DNA from: Phycisphaerae bacterium
GTDB lineage: Bacteria > Planctomycetota > Phycisphaerae > UBA1845 > Fen-1342
Length of the DNA stretch: 64,000 bases
Reading direction: 5' to 3'
Assembly: GCA_050115495.1 (NCBI GenBank)
Contig: JASFQK010000018.1
Location: forward strand, 1 to 64,000
Numbering within the stretch: position 1 is the stretch's first letter; each line of letters starts with the position of its first letter. Positions 19,282-28,408 of this stretch are shown one piece after another. The translations under genes were made by a program, and so were the position numbers. Below the pieces are notes generated by a model, which searched no databases, was not told where the DNA came from, and saw only the letters and a list, made by a program, of their open reading frames with translations.

Positions 19282-21468
19282 CTACTGTCCTCGTTCGAGT
19301 CGGCGGAGGCTGTCGTCGGGGCCCATGACCAGGAGCACGTCGCCGCGCTGGAAGGCGTAGTCGGCGCTGGGGACGGCGTTGACGGCTTCCTCGCCGGCGC
19401 CGTCGTGCCGCTTGATGAGCAGAATGGTGACGTTGTAGCGGTTGCGGATGTCGAGGCTGCGGAGGCTCTTGCCGAGGAAGCTCTCGGGCACGGGGACCTC
19501 GAGCAGGCTGGTGTCCTCGACGGCGTGAATGCGCTCGGCGCGTGAGCCGAGCTTGACCGCCGAGGCCATGCTGCTCGCCATGTCGCGCTTGAGGATCTCG
19601 GCGTTGTAGCGCTCCATGACGTCCTCGGGCCAGATGACGCCGACGAGACGGCCGTCCTGCACCACGGGCACTTCGCCGCGATAACGGGCCAGGCGGCGCA
19701 TGACGTCGGCCAGCGTGTCGTCGGGGCGGACGGTTGGATAGTCGGTTTCCTGCATCACGTCCTCGGCGATGAGGAACGCGCCGAGGTTGGCGACGTCGGC
19801 CATGATGGCCGGGCTCTGGCTGCCGGTGATGATGCCGAGCAGTCGGCGGTCGCCGTCGATGACGAAGATCGACACGCCCGGGTTCTGCACGAAGGCGGCG
19901 ACGACCTCCATCAGGCCGGCGGTGGGGGGCAGCGTGATGGGGTCGGTGCGCATCTGGCTCCGGACCTGGACGTGGCGCAGCACGCTGATGTCCTGGCCCT
20001 GGTAGATGTCCACGCCGCGACGGAGGAGCTTGAGCGTGTAGATCGAGGCCGGGCAGAGGCGCTGGGCAATGGCCAGGCCGAGGACGCCGGCGAGCATGAT
20101 GGGGATGATGACGGCGTAGTCGCCGGTGAGCTCGAAGAGCATGAGGGCGGCGGTGAGGGGTGCGTGGATGGAGGCGGCGACGACGGCGGCCATGCCGACG
20201 AGGGCGTAGCCGCCGGGACTGGCGTCGGGGAACCAGCCGGTAGCCTGGACCAGTAAGCCGAAGGCTCCGCCAGTACTGGCTCCGATGAACAGGCTCGGGG
20301 CGAAGACACCGCCGCTGCCGCCACTGCCGAGCGTGAGGCAGGTGGCGAGGATCTTGGCACCGAGGAGGACGAGCAGGATGTGGATGGTCCAGGGCTGCGG
20401 GCCGTCAGCGGTGGCCTGGTACGCGTGTGGCGAGAGCGAGCGTCCGATGACGGGGTAACCGTTGCCCATGACGGCCGGCTGTTGAAAGTGCATTGCGGTC
20501 CCGTCGGTGGCGGGGGCCGGCTGATGGGACACAAGTGCATCGCTGGCGATGGCGAGCAGGCCGAGCAGCAGGGCGCCGATCACGGGGTGGAGGACGCGGT
20601 GCACGGGGAGCTTGCGGAAGATATCCTCGCTGAGATACAGCAGGCGGACGAACGCCAGGGCGACCAGGCCGCAGACGAGCCCGAGCACGACGTAGTTGCC
20701 GATCTCGCTGACGGAAAACGTGTACAGCGGCTGGCTGCTCATGAACTCGACAGGCACGGGGAAGATGGGATCGTTATGCCCGCGGATGGCCTGCGTGACG
20801 GTGGTGCTGGCCACGGAGGCCAGGATGATCGGGAGGAAGCTGCGCAGCGACATCTCGCGCAGCAGCACTTCGATGGCGAAGAGCACGCCGGCGATGGGGG
20901 CGTTGAAGATCGAGGCGATGCCCGCCGCCGTCCCGCAGCCGATGAGAACGCGCAGCTCGCCCACGCCGAGATGCAGGCGCTGGCCGAGGCTGCTGCCGAT
21001 AGCGGCTCCGATCTGGATGATGGGGCCCTCAGTGCCGGCCGAGCCGCCGGAGCCGATGGTCAGGGCGGAGGCGACGGCCTTGGCGCCGGCGACGCGGGGA
21101 CGGATGCGGCCGGCCTTGCGGGCCATGGCGTCCATGACTTCGGGTACACCGTGGCCTTCGGCTTCCGGGGCGAAGTAGTACGTGATCAGGCCAACCAGCA
21201 AAGCGCCGCTCATGGGCAGCAGCGGCAATAGCCAGATGTGCAGGTTCGCCGAGCGCAATGCCGTGCCGAAGTGGTGGAAGTACAACTCGCGGCTGAGTTC
21301 GATGAGCCAGGAAAAGCCGACGGCGCCGAGGCCGGTGACGAGCCCGACCACCACGCCGAGGACGATCAGCAGGCGCTCGGCGTTCTCGAGCAGGTGCAGC
21401 GGCAGGCGCCACAGGCGCCCCGGGAGGAGGCGGCGAAGGACTGCGAAGCCTTTGTCGGTGCCGGCCAC
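19282..21468 (-). CDS. ClC-family chloride channel/antiporter with CBS pair and C-terminal TrkA-C (RCK_C) domain
   Basis: GHGVPE, GGSAGTEGP, FNAPIAG, GGVFAP and Y-containing SIYTLKL; CBS domains; GKSLRSLDIRNRYNVTIL; start approximate. Confidence 0.9.
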   Translation of the reverse strand: MAGTDKGFAVLRRLLPGRLWRLPLHLLENAERLLIVLGVVVGLVTGLGAVGFSWLIELSRELYFHHFGTALRSANLHIWLLPLLPMSGALLVGLITYYFAPEAEGHGVPEVMDAMARKAGRIRPRVAGAKAVASALTIGSGGSAGTEGPIIQIGAAIGSSLGQRLHLGVGELRVLIGCGTAAGIASIFNAPIAGVLFAIEVLLREMSLRSFLPIILASVASTTVTQAIRGHNDPIFPVPVEFMSSQPLYTFSVSEIGNYVVLGLVCGLVALAFVRLLYLSEDIFRKLPVHRVLHPVIGALLLGLLAIASDALVSHQPAPATDGTAMHFQQPAVMGNGYPVIGRSLSPHAYQATADGPQPWTIHILLVLLGAKILATCLTLGSGGSGGVFAPSLFIGASTGGAFGLLVQATGWFPDASPGGYALVGMAAVVAASIHAPLTAALMLFELTGDYAVIIPIMLAGVLGLAIAQRLCPASIYTLKLLRRGVDIYQGQDISVLRHVQVRSQMRTDPITLPPTAGLMEVVAAFVQNPGVSIFVIDGDRRLLGIITGSQSPAIMADVANLGAFLIAEDVMQETDYPTVRPDDTLADVMRRLARYRGEVPVVQDGRLVGVIWPEDVMERYNAEILKRDMASSMASAVKLGSRAERIHAVEDTSLLEVPVPESFLGKSLRSLDIRNRYNVTILLIKRHDGAGEEAVNAVPSADYAFQRGDVLLVMGPDDSLRRLERGQ

Positions 21469-21748
21469 TATGGTTCCGTGTAACGTCCTGGGCGCCCGGC
21501 ACAACGCCGGCGGCGCGGGGTTTCGCGTGCGATGCGGTGGCGTTCGTCCCGGCCGGGGCACGGCGGTACAGACGGGTATGCCGTGCGGCTCCCCCCGTAC
21601 CTTGCATGCGGCCCGCGCCGGAGCGAGTGCGGATCGTACTGAATCCCGTAGTCAATTGCCAGCCGCGGCACTATGATTGCCGGCGGTATGGGGGACGCCG
21701 GCAGTCAGGGACTGCTCACGCCGCTGCCCCCGGAAATGGAGCAAACGA

Positions 21749-22612
21749 ATGCCCGAAGCTACGCCGCCGCCGCAACCCGGTCATATGCCACCACCCAGCC
21801 CGATTCCGGGCGTGAAACACGTTATCGCCATCGGAGCCGGCAAGGGTGGCGTGGGCAAGAGCACGGTCGCCGTGTTCGTCGCGGTCGGCTTGCAGCGGCT
21901 CGGCTGGCGCGTGGCGCTGTTGGATGCAGACGTGTACGGGCCGTCGCTGCCCAAGCTGACCGGCACGGAGACCGAGCAGCCGATGATGAGCGAGGACGGC
22001 CGCGTGACGCCGGTGCAGTTCGAGGGCATCGGCCTGATCAGCATGGGGCACCTCGTGCCGCCGGACCAGGCGGTCATCTGGCGTGGACCGCTGGCGCAGA
22101 AGTATGTGAAGGAGTTCCTGGACCGTGGCGCGTGGGGCGAGCTCGACTGCCTGGTGGTCGATCTGCCGCCGGGGACGGGCGACATTCCGCTGACGTTGGC
22201 ACAGAGCATCCCGCTGACGGGGGCGGTGATCGTGTGCACGCCGCAGGATGTGGCGTTGCTGGACGCGGTGAAGGCCCTGCGGATGTACCAGAAGCTGGGC
22301 GTGACGCCGCTGGGGATGGTCGAGAACATGAGCTACTACGTTTGCCCGCATTGCGGCGGGACGGAGCATATCTTCGGGAAGGGCGGCGTCGAACGGGTTG
22401 CGGCCGGGTTGGGTGTGCCGTTCCTGGGCGGGATCCCGCTGAACCTGACGATTCGTGAGAATGGCGACGAGGGACGTCCGCTGGCGTGCTTCGTCGAGGA
22501 GCAGGGCGACGTGCGCGGGGCGCTGGAAGGACTTATCGGGCGGCTCCGTGAGGAGATCGAGAAGCGGGATCAGCAGCAGCCGCAACGGCCGGAGCTGCGG
22601 ATTTCGGATTAG
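21749..22612 (+). CDS. mrp: Mrp/NBP35 (ApbC) Fe-S carrier ATPase
   Basis: GKGGVGKST, DADVYGPS, DLPPGTGD, ENMS..CPHC. Confidence 0.92.
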   Translation: MPEATPPPQPGHMPPPSPIPGVKHVIAIGAGKGGVGKSTVAVFVAVGLQRLGWRVALLDADVYGPSLPKLTGTETEQPMMSEDGRVTPVQFEGIGLISMGHLVPPDQAVIWRGPLAQKYVKEFLDRGAWGELDCLVVDLPPGTGDIPLTLAQSIPLTGAVIVCTPQDVALLDAVKALRMYQKLGVTPLGMVENMSYYVCPHCGGTEHIFGKGGVERVAAGLGVPFLGGIPLNLTIRENGDEGRPLACFVEEQGDVRGALEGLIGRLREEIEKRDQQQPQRPELRISD

Positions 22613-22643
22613 AAACGGAGGGAGGAGGTCGTCGGAGCCGGGG

Positions 22644-22731
22644 GTAGGGCGGGTTTTGCCCGCCGATGCAGTTCGCGCCGGACCGGCGTGTTTGTGACTA
22701 CCGGGCAGCCGGCGGGCCGAGTCCGCTCTAC
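22644..22731. repeat. REPIN-like dyad, family F
   Basis: GTAGGGCGGGTTTTGCCCGCC ... GGCGGGCCGAGTCCGCTCTAC: GTAG-flanked hairpins in inverted orientation. Confidence 0.7.
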
Positions 22732-22835
22732 GGTGGCTGCGCGTGGCACGTACGTCGGGGCCACATCACGGCTGACTGGGCCCCACAAATGTAGTACTAT
22801 TGGACTTGGAGAGGCAGCCTTTGAAGGGGCAAGGG

Positions 22836-24242
22836 ATGGCCGCTGCTTCGAGCGACAAGTCGCGTGGAGGGAGCGGGGGAAGCTGTCAGAGGGATTGGTC
22901 GTATCTGCTTCGCCGGGCGACGGCGGCGTTGCGCGAGCGTTTCCGCGGACGCGGGGCGCTCAGCCCGCGCGAGACGGCGGAGACGGTGGCGGGAGCGCTG
23001 CCGGCGGCCGTGGGACGGTCGCTGCTGACGGCCCTGGCCCGGCGAGGCTGGCTGAGCGCGGACGCCCGCGTGCCGTTTGACGCGCTCGATGGCCCCGTGT
23101 GTCCGCCGGCGTTTCGCGGCCCGCAGCGGGAGATCGTGCGGCTGGCGCTGTTCGGCCTGCCGGGGCAAGGGCGGCCGTCGTTCAAGCATCGCGACGCAGC
23201 GTATCAGCAAATCTGTGCCCAGATCATGCGGGAGGCGAGCGATCTACCGACGCTGTCGGGAGCGGCGTCACGGGCGCTGAGCCATCCGGACGTGTGCGGG
23301 GACCCGGGGCTGGCCAGCCTGGTGCGGGCTTTCATCGCCGAACGGGAGACCGCGCTGCGGACGAAGCTGCGCGTCGAGCACCGCGAGCCGAAGGACGCGT
23401 CGCAACTGCGCACGGCGTTCGAGGGCGCGGACTCGGAGGAGTTCCCGACGCGGACGCAGCTCATGGCCAGCTTCCTGCGGTATCAGCGAGACTTCGAGCT
23501 GCACTTGGCGCAATACAACGAGGCAGCCTGCCGGTATGCCCTGGAGAAGCTCCAGGACCTCGCCAGGCGTTTTCCGGTGCACATCGACGTCGCTACGGTG
23601 CAGAGCCACGAAGAGCAGTTCACCGAGTTCCAGCAGCGCTGCACGGCGATGCGGGAGCAGGTGGAGACGGTCGCCGGGCAGGCGGCGGCAGCGGCGAGGG
23701 CGGGGGATCAGAAGACGGCATCGTGGCTGATCGGACGGCTGCGGGCCATACACGCCCTGACCCCCGTGCTCCTGTCGCAGGAGCGGTTCGAGGCGTTGCG
23801 GGACGAGATTGACCGTTCCGGTCGGCGGCACGAGCACCAGGAGGCGCTGGGCGAACTAGTGGCTCGGGAGCGGGAGGTCGCGGCGGAACTGAAACGGCTG
23901 GGCGGCGTGATCTACCGGTTCCACAAAGTGGCGAACAAGCTGGCGCCGACGTCGCCGGAATACCAGCGGGCCGAGGCGGCCTACCGCGAGGCGGTGCAGC
24001 AGGTCCGCGAGCGGGATACGGAGTGGCTGACCGGGCTGCTCCTGGAACTGGAAACGTACCTTGAGGATCTGGAGGATCCGACCGGGCGGGCACAGGAGAA
24101 GTTGGACCGGTTTATCGGGACGGTGCGTGCGGCCCTGAACCAGATTCGGCTGATCATCCGGACGATCCAGCGGGAACGGGGAGGGCAGAAGGGGCGTGGC
24201 ACACCGCCGTCGGCGGCCGCGGCCGATTCGCCGGCGGAGTAA
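22836..24242 (+). CDS. Hypothetical helical/coiled-coil protein
   Basis: Long ORF with host codon bias, amphipathic helical E/R/Q-rich composition and no recognisable motif. Confidence 0.7.
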   Translation: MAAASSDKSRGGSGGSCQRDWSYLLRRATAALRERFRGRGALSPRETAETVAGALPAAVGRSLLTALARRGWLSADARVPFDALDGPVCPPAFRGPQREIVRLALFGLPGQGRPSFKHRDAAYQQICAQIMREASDLPTLSGAASRALSHPDVCGDPGLASLVRAFIAERETALRTKLRVEHREPKDASQLRTAFEGADSEEFPTRTQLMASFLRYQRDFELHLAQYNEAACRYALEKLQDLARRFPVHIDVATVQSHEEQFTEFQQRCTAMREQVETVAGQAAAAARAGDQKTASWLIGRLRAIHALTPVLLSQERFEALRDEIDRSGRRHEHQEALGELVAREREVAAELKRLGGVIYRFHKVANKLAPTSPEYQRAEAAYREAVQQVRERDTEWLTGLLLELETYLEDLEDPTGRAQEKLDRFIGTVRAALNQIRLIIRTIQRERGGQKGRGTPPSAAAADSPAE

Positions 24243-24377
24243 CGCGACCGGCCGTATCGGTCCTTGCCGATCGCGACTGCGGAGGCGGGCGTAGGTGTCG
24301 CCCCATTGCAACTGCCGGTGGGAAGCCCCACAATAGCGCAGCGCGCGAAATCGAGCGGAGCGGAGTGACGGCGTCTG

Positions 24378-25352
24378 ATGCGTGCGGACAACACTGCAGT
24401 TGAAGGGACGGCCCCGGCGGAGGCCCCCGGCGCGTCAGCGGGTGCGCCGTCGAAGGCCCTGTCCTGGTTTTCGCGGGCGAAGTTCTGGCTGGTTCGCTCG
24501 TTTCTCGTCACGTGGGCACGGGTCTTCAGCCTCAAAGGTCTGTACTTGTTCGGCCGGTGGTTCGGCACCGCCGAGTACCTCATCAACTTCAAGCGTCGCA
24601 GCCGGTATCGGGAGGAGCTGCGCCAGGTGTTTCCGGAGGGGCTGTCGGAGCGGCGCGAGAAGCGGGTGATCCGCGACGCCTTCCGGCGGACGCGGTGCGA
24701 CAAGCTGTACTACCTGATCTTCGACCGGTTGCAGCGGGAGAAGATCATGGGGCGGATCCGGTTTCACGGACGGCAGCACCTGGACGAGGCGCTGGAGCGC
24801 GGGCGGGGTGTGTACGTGATGCTGAGCCACCACGGGTCGCATCATGTGGCCGGGCTTCTGATGGCGCTGCTCGGATATGAGTGTGCCGGAATTCGCGATC
24901 GCAACGAAGGGGCGCTGCGGACGTACGTGCAGGATCGGTACGCCGAGACGTTCCCGGAGTATGCGGCCATTCGCGTGCTGTTTGCCGACAGCTTTCCGCG
25001 CGAGATCTACCGCTGTTTCCGGGAGAACCGCGTGGTGGGCAGCGCCCTGGACGTCAGCCGCGTGCGGGGCGCGACGCTGAAGACGTGCCCGGTGCAGATT
25101 TTCGGGGAGGCGCGGGAGTTTCTGACGGGGACGTTGCAGATTGCGCTGCGCTGCGGGGCGACGATCTGCCAGGCGTTCGTGGTCTCGCGGCCGAACTTCT
25201 ACTTCCGGCTGATTGTGCAGCCGCCGTATCACGTGCCGCAGGAGGGGGCTGCCTCGGACGATCCGGAGCTCGTGCGGAAGCTGATGCAGCAGTACGCGGA
25301 CGGCATCGCCGAGCACGCCCGGGAGCATCCGGATCATCTGAGCCGCGTGTAG
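24378..25352 (+). CDS. LpxL/HtrB-like lysophospholipid (lipid A-type) acyltransferase
   Basis: HLDEALERGRGV..LSHHGS, ALDV, V.IFG and ..EHPDH tail; N-terminal membrane anchor. Confidence 0.75.
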   Translation: MRADNTAVEGTAPAEAPGASAGAPSKALSWFSRAKFWLVRSFLVTWARVFSLKGLYLFGRWFGTAEYLINFKRRSRYREELRQVFPEGLSERREKRVIRDAFRRTRCDKLYYLIFDRLQREKIMGRIRFHGRQHLDEALERGRGVYVMLSHHGSHHVAGLLMALLGYECAGIRDRNEGALRTYVQDRYAETFPEYAAIRVLFADSFPREIYRCFRENRVVGSALDVSRVRGATLKTCPVQIFGEAREFLTGTLQIALRCGATICQAFVVSRPNFYFRLIVQPPYHVPQEGAASDDPELVRKLMQQYADGIAEHAREHPDHLSRV

Positions 25353-25359
25353 GGACCCA

Positions 25360-25444
25360 TTGAGAAAGGGGACTGGCTCCGAGCCGAACCACGCGCACGA
25401 GCGCGGAGACCGCATGTAGCGAGGTGTCTGTCCCCTTTTTCAAC
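25360..25444. mobile_element. MITE/REP-like element, family E
   Basis: Ends TTGAGAAAGGGGACTGGCTCCG and GGTGTCTGTCCCCTTTTTCAAC; an inverted copy with a different core lies at 52391-52477. Confidence 0.75.
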
Positions 25445-25580
25445 AGACCGTCAGGGGGCGTTCCGGGCGGGTCGGGACGGGGCCCGGCGGACACTGGCAG
25501 GGGGCGGCCACTGTGGCTACAATCTCGCCAAGATTGCGGACCGCGTATGGAGCGGCCAGGGCCGTGGAGCAGGCGCTAAC

Positions 25581-26078
25581 GTGAAATTCGTCCTGGTGGA
25601 CCGGATCAGCTTGCTGGAGCGCGGCCGGCGGATCGTGGCCCACAAGGCCCTGTCGCTGGCTGAGGAGTATCTGGCGGATCATTTTCCGGCGTTCCCGGTG
25701 CTGCCGGGGGTGCTGGTCATGGAGGCCATGCTCCAGGCGTCGGCGTGGGTGGTACGGGACGCGCTGGATTTCGCGCCGGCGTTTGTGGTCCTGAGCGAGG
25801 CGCGGAACGTGACGTACAAGAGCTTCGTGGCGCCGGGTGAGGTGCTGACGGTCGAGTCCGTCTGCAAGGAGCTCGCCGGCGACCGGTCGGTGTTCGCCGC
25901 CACGGGACGCGTCGGCGACCGGGAGATCGTGAAAGGCCGGCTGGCCCTGCGTCATTTCAGTCTGGCTGAGAGCGAGCCGGAGCTGGCGGAGATCGACGAG
26001 CGCAACCGGACGCAGCAGCGTGACCTGTTCACACGGCTGGCGGCCGGCGCGGCGCTGGACACGGCGGTGAGTGGATGA
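25581..26078 (+). CDS. FabZ-like 3-hydroxyacyl-ACP dehydratase (copy 1)
   Basis: F.LVDRI and DHFPAFPVLPGVLVMEAMLQ hot-dog motif. Confidence 0.88.
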   Translation: MKFVLVDRISLLERGRRIVAHKALSLAEEYLADHFPAFPVLPGVLVMEAMLQASAWVVRDALDFAPAFVVLSEARNVTYKSFVAPGEVLTVESVCKELAGDRSVFAATGRVGDREIVKGRLALRHFSLAESEPELAEIDERNRTQQRDLFTRLAAGAALDTAVSG

Positions 26079-26124
26079 ACCAGGCAAGCGGCGCGGAAAC
26101 GCGGGCGCGTGGAGGAAGGCATTG

Positions 26125-26523
26125 ATGCCCACGTTGAGCAGGGAGAAGATTTTCGAGAAGGTCCGGCAGACGCTGGTGGACGCGTTGACCGTCGAGGAGG
26201 ACGAGGTGACGGAGGAGGCGTTCCTAACCACCGACCTCGGCGCCGAGTCCATCGACTTTCTGGACATCCTCTTTCGGCTGGAAAAGGCGTTCGACATCAA
26301 GATCCCGCAGGAAGAGATGATTCCGCGCGATCTGCTGAGCAACGCTGAGTACGTCGAGAACGGCCGGTTGAACGCGGCCGGGCTGGCGGCGCTGAAGAAG
26401 GCGATGCCGCACGCGGACCTGACGGCGTTCGAGCAGGATCCGGACATCGGCAAGATCCCCGACGTGTTCACTGTGGGTTCGATCATCAACTTCGTCGAGG
26501 CGAAGCTGGCCGCCCGGAGTTAG
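26125..26523 (+). CDS. Enlarged acyl carrier protein (132 aa, internal insertion)
   Basis: DLGAESIDFLDI phosphopantetheine Ser; about 50 aa inserted before TVGSIINFV; GGAGG RBS. Confidence 0.88.
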   Translation: MPTLSREKIFEKVRQTLVDALTVEEDEVTEEAFLTTDLGAESIDFLDILFRLEKAFDIKIPQEEMIPRDLLSNAEYVENGRLNAAGLAALKKAMPHADLTAFEQDPDIGKIPDVFTVGSIINFVEAKLAARS

Positions 26524-26532
26524 GGTTCCCCC

Positions 26533-27021
26533 TTGCGTTGGATCTGGATCGACCGATTCGAGGAGTTCGAGCCCGGCCGGCGAGCCGTGGCGGTCAAGTG
26601 CGTCACGCTCGCCGAGGACCATCTGCACGACCACTTCCCCGGTTATCCGGTCATGCCGGCCAGCCTGCTCATCGAGGGCATGGCCCAGACGGCGGGCATC
26701 CTCGTGGGCGAGGCCCGGCAGTTCGCCGAAAAGGTCATCCTGGCGAAGGTGAAACGCGCGGCGTTCCACCGGCTGGTGCGACCCGGCCAGCAGATCCGCC
26801 ACGAGGCGGTGATCGAGCAGCTCACCGACGCGGCGGCGCACACGCAGGGACGCATCTGGCGCGATGATGAGGTGATCGGCGAAGTGGACATCGTCTTCTC
26901 GCACATCGATCAGAACCTCGGCGGGCTGGACTTTCCCGAGGAGAACTTCGTGTTCACCGATGAGTTCATGGCCTTGTTGCGGACGTATCGCGATCAAGGG
27001 GCAGAGAGGATCAAGCTGTGA
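26533..27021 (+). CDS. FabZ-like dehydratase (copy 2)
   Basis: WIWIDRF and DHFPGYPVMPASLLIEGMAQ. Confidence 0.88.
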   Translation: MRWIWIDRFEEFEPGRRAVAVKCVTLAEDHLHDHFPGYPVMPASLLIEGMAQTAGILVGEARQFAEKVILAKVKRAAFHRLVRPGQQIRHEAVIEQLTDAAAHTQGRIWRDDEVIGEVDIVFSHIDQNLGGLDFPEENFVFTDEFMALLRTYRDQGAERIKL

Positions 27022-28358
27022 CAGGGCAGCGTGTGGTGATCACCGGGCTGGGCCCGATCACGCCCATCGGCCTCGGGGTGGCCGAGTTCTGGAGCGCATT
27101 GCTCGAAGGACGCAGCGGCGTTCGGCGGTTGCAGGCGTTCGACCCGGCGCGGTTCAGTTCGCAGGTGGGCGGCGAGATCGAGTCCATCCGCGTTGCGGAT
27201 TACGTACCCAAGAGCTATCGCAAGGCGGCGAAGATCATGGCCCGGGACATCGTCCTGGCCGTGGCCGCCGCTCACCAGGCCGTCAGCGACGCCGGTCTGC
27301 GCACCAAGTGCCTGATCGACCGGCAGGACGTCACCGGCGAGCCGAACGCCGATCCGAACCGAATCGGGGCGAACATCGGCGCGGGGCTCATCTGTGCCGA
27401 TCTGCACGAGTTGGCCGAGGCGCTGTACAGCGCCGCGGAGGACGGCACGTTCAGCATCGCCCGCTGGGGCCGCGAGGGCATGAGCAACCTCACGCCGCTG
27501 TGGCTGCTGAAGTTCCTGCCGAACATGCTGGCCTGCCACGTGACGATCGTGCACGACGCCCGCGGGCCGAGTAATACCATCACCTGCGGCGAAGCCAGCA
27601 GCCACCTGGCCATCGGTGAGGCGTTTCGCGGTATCGCCCGCGGCGTCGCCGACGTGTGCATCTGTGGCGGGGCTGAGAGCAAGATCAACCCAATGGCCCT
27701 GCTGCGGCAGTCGCTCGGCAAGCGGCTTAGCCAGCACAACGACAATCCGGCGACGGCGTGCCGCCCGTTCGCGGCCGGCCGCGACGGCACGGTCGTTTCC
27801 GAGGGCGGCGGGCTGGTCATCCTCGAAGAGCTCGAACACGCCAAACGGCGCGGGGCGAGGATCTACGGCGAACTGATCGGCTTCGGCGCCAGCAACGACG
27901 TGTACCAGGCGGCGCAGCCCGGGCAGCTTTCGCCCGACGGCCGCGGCGTGGCCCTGGCTTGCCAGAAGGCCCTGCGCGATGCCGGTGTCAGTGCCGACCA
28001 GGTCGACCTGGTGGCCGCCGCCGGCTACGGGCTCGTCGAGCAGGATCGGGCCGAGGCGACGGCGATCCGCACGGTGCTGGGCGCCCGGGCGAGTGAGGTG
28101 CCCGTGCTGAGCGTGAAGGGCGGCCTGGGTAGCAACGGTGCGGGCAGTGGGGCGATCGAGTTCATCGCCGCCGCATTGGCCCTGCATCACAACACGATTC
28201 CGCCGGCCATCAACAGCGGCACGCCGGACGCCGAGTGCGGCCTGAAGCTGGTGACGGCCGGCCCGGTGGACGCCCGGATCGACACGGTGCTGTGCACGTC
28301 GTACGCCCTGACGGGCGGGCAGTGTGCGGCGCTGGTGATGCGGCGGTACAAGGACTGA
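27018..28358 (+). CDS. FabF-like ketosynthase, catalytically degenerate (chain-length-factor-like)
   Basis: KS fold motifs present, but Cys is Glu (TCGEASS), His is Ala (AAAGYG) and His is Ser (KGGLGSN) relative to the next gene. Confidence 0.85.
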   Translation: MTGQRVVITGLGPITPIGLGVAEFWSALLEGRSGVRRLQAFDPARFSSQVGGEIESIRVADYVPKSYRKAAKIMARDIVLAVAAAHQAVSDAGLRTKCLIDRQDVTGEPNADPNRIGANIGAGLICADLHELAEALYSAAEDGTFSIARWGREGMSNLTPLWLLKFLPNMLACHVTIVHDARGPSNTITCGEASSHLAIGEAFRGIARGVADVCICGGAESKINPMALLRQSLGKRLSQHNDNPATACRPFAAGRDGTVVSEGGGLVILEELEHAKRRGARIYGELIGFGASNDVYQAAQPGQLSPDGRGVALACQKALRDAGVSADQVDLVAAAGYGLVEQDRAEATAIRTVLGARASEVPVLSVKGGLGSNGAGSGAIEFIAAALALHHNTIPPAINSGTPDAECGLKLVTAGPVDARIDTVLCTSYALTGGQCAALVMRRYKD

Positions 28359-28408
28359 CGGCCGGCCCCGGTGCAGCACCGGGCCGGAGCGCTAGCAGGC
28401 GACAGATC

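Noticed and set aside
19282..21468. GHGVP in place of GSGIP in the ClC as a novelty, or as a fluoride exporter
   Set aside because: GHGVPE is, to my knowledge, a common variant in CBS-bearing bacterial ClCs. The gating Glu is retained and the fluoride-type GNNLI motif is absent.
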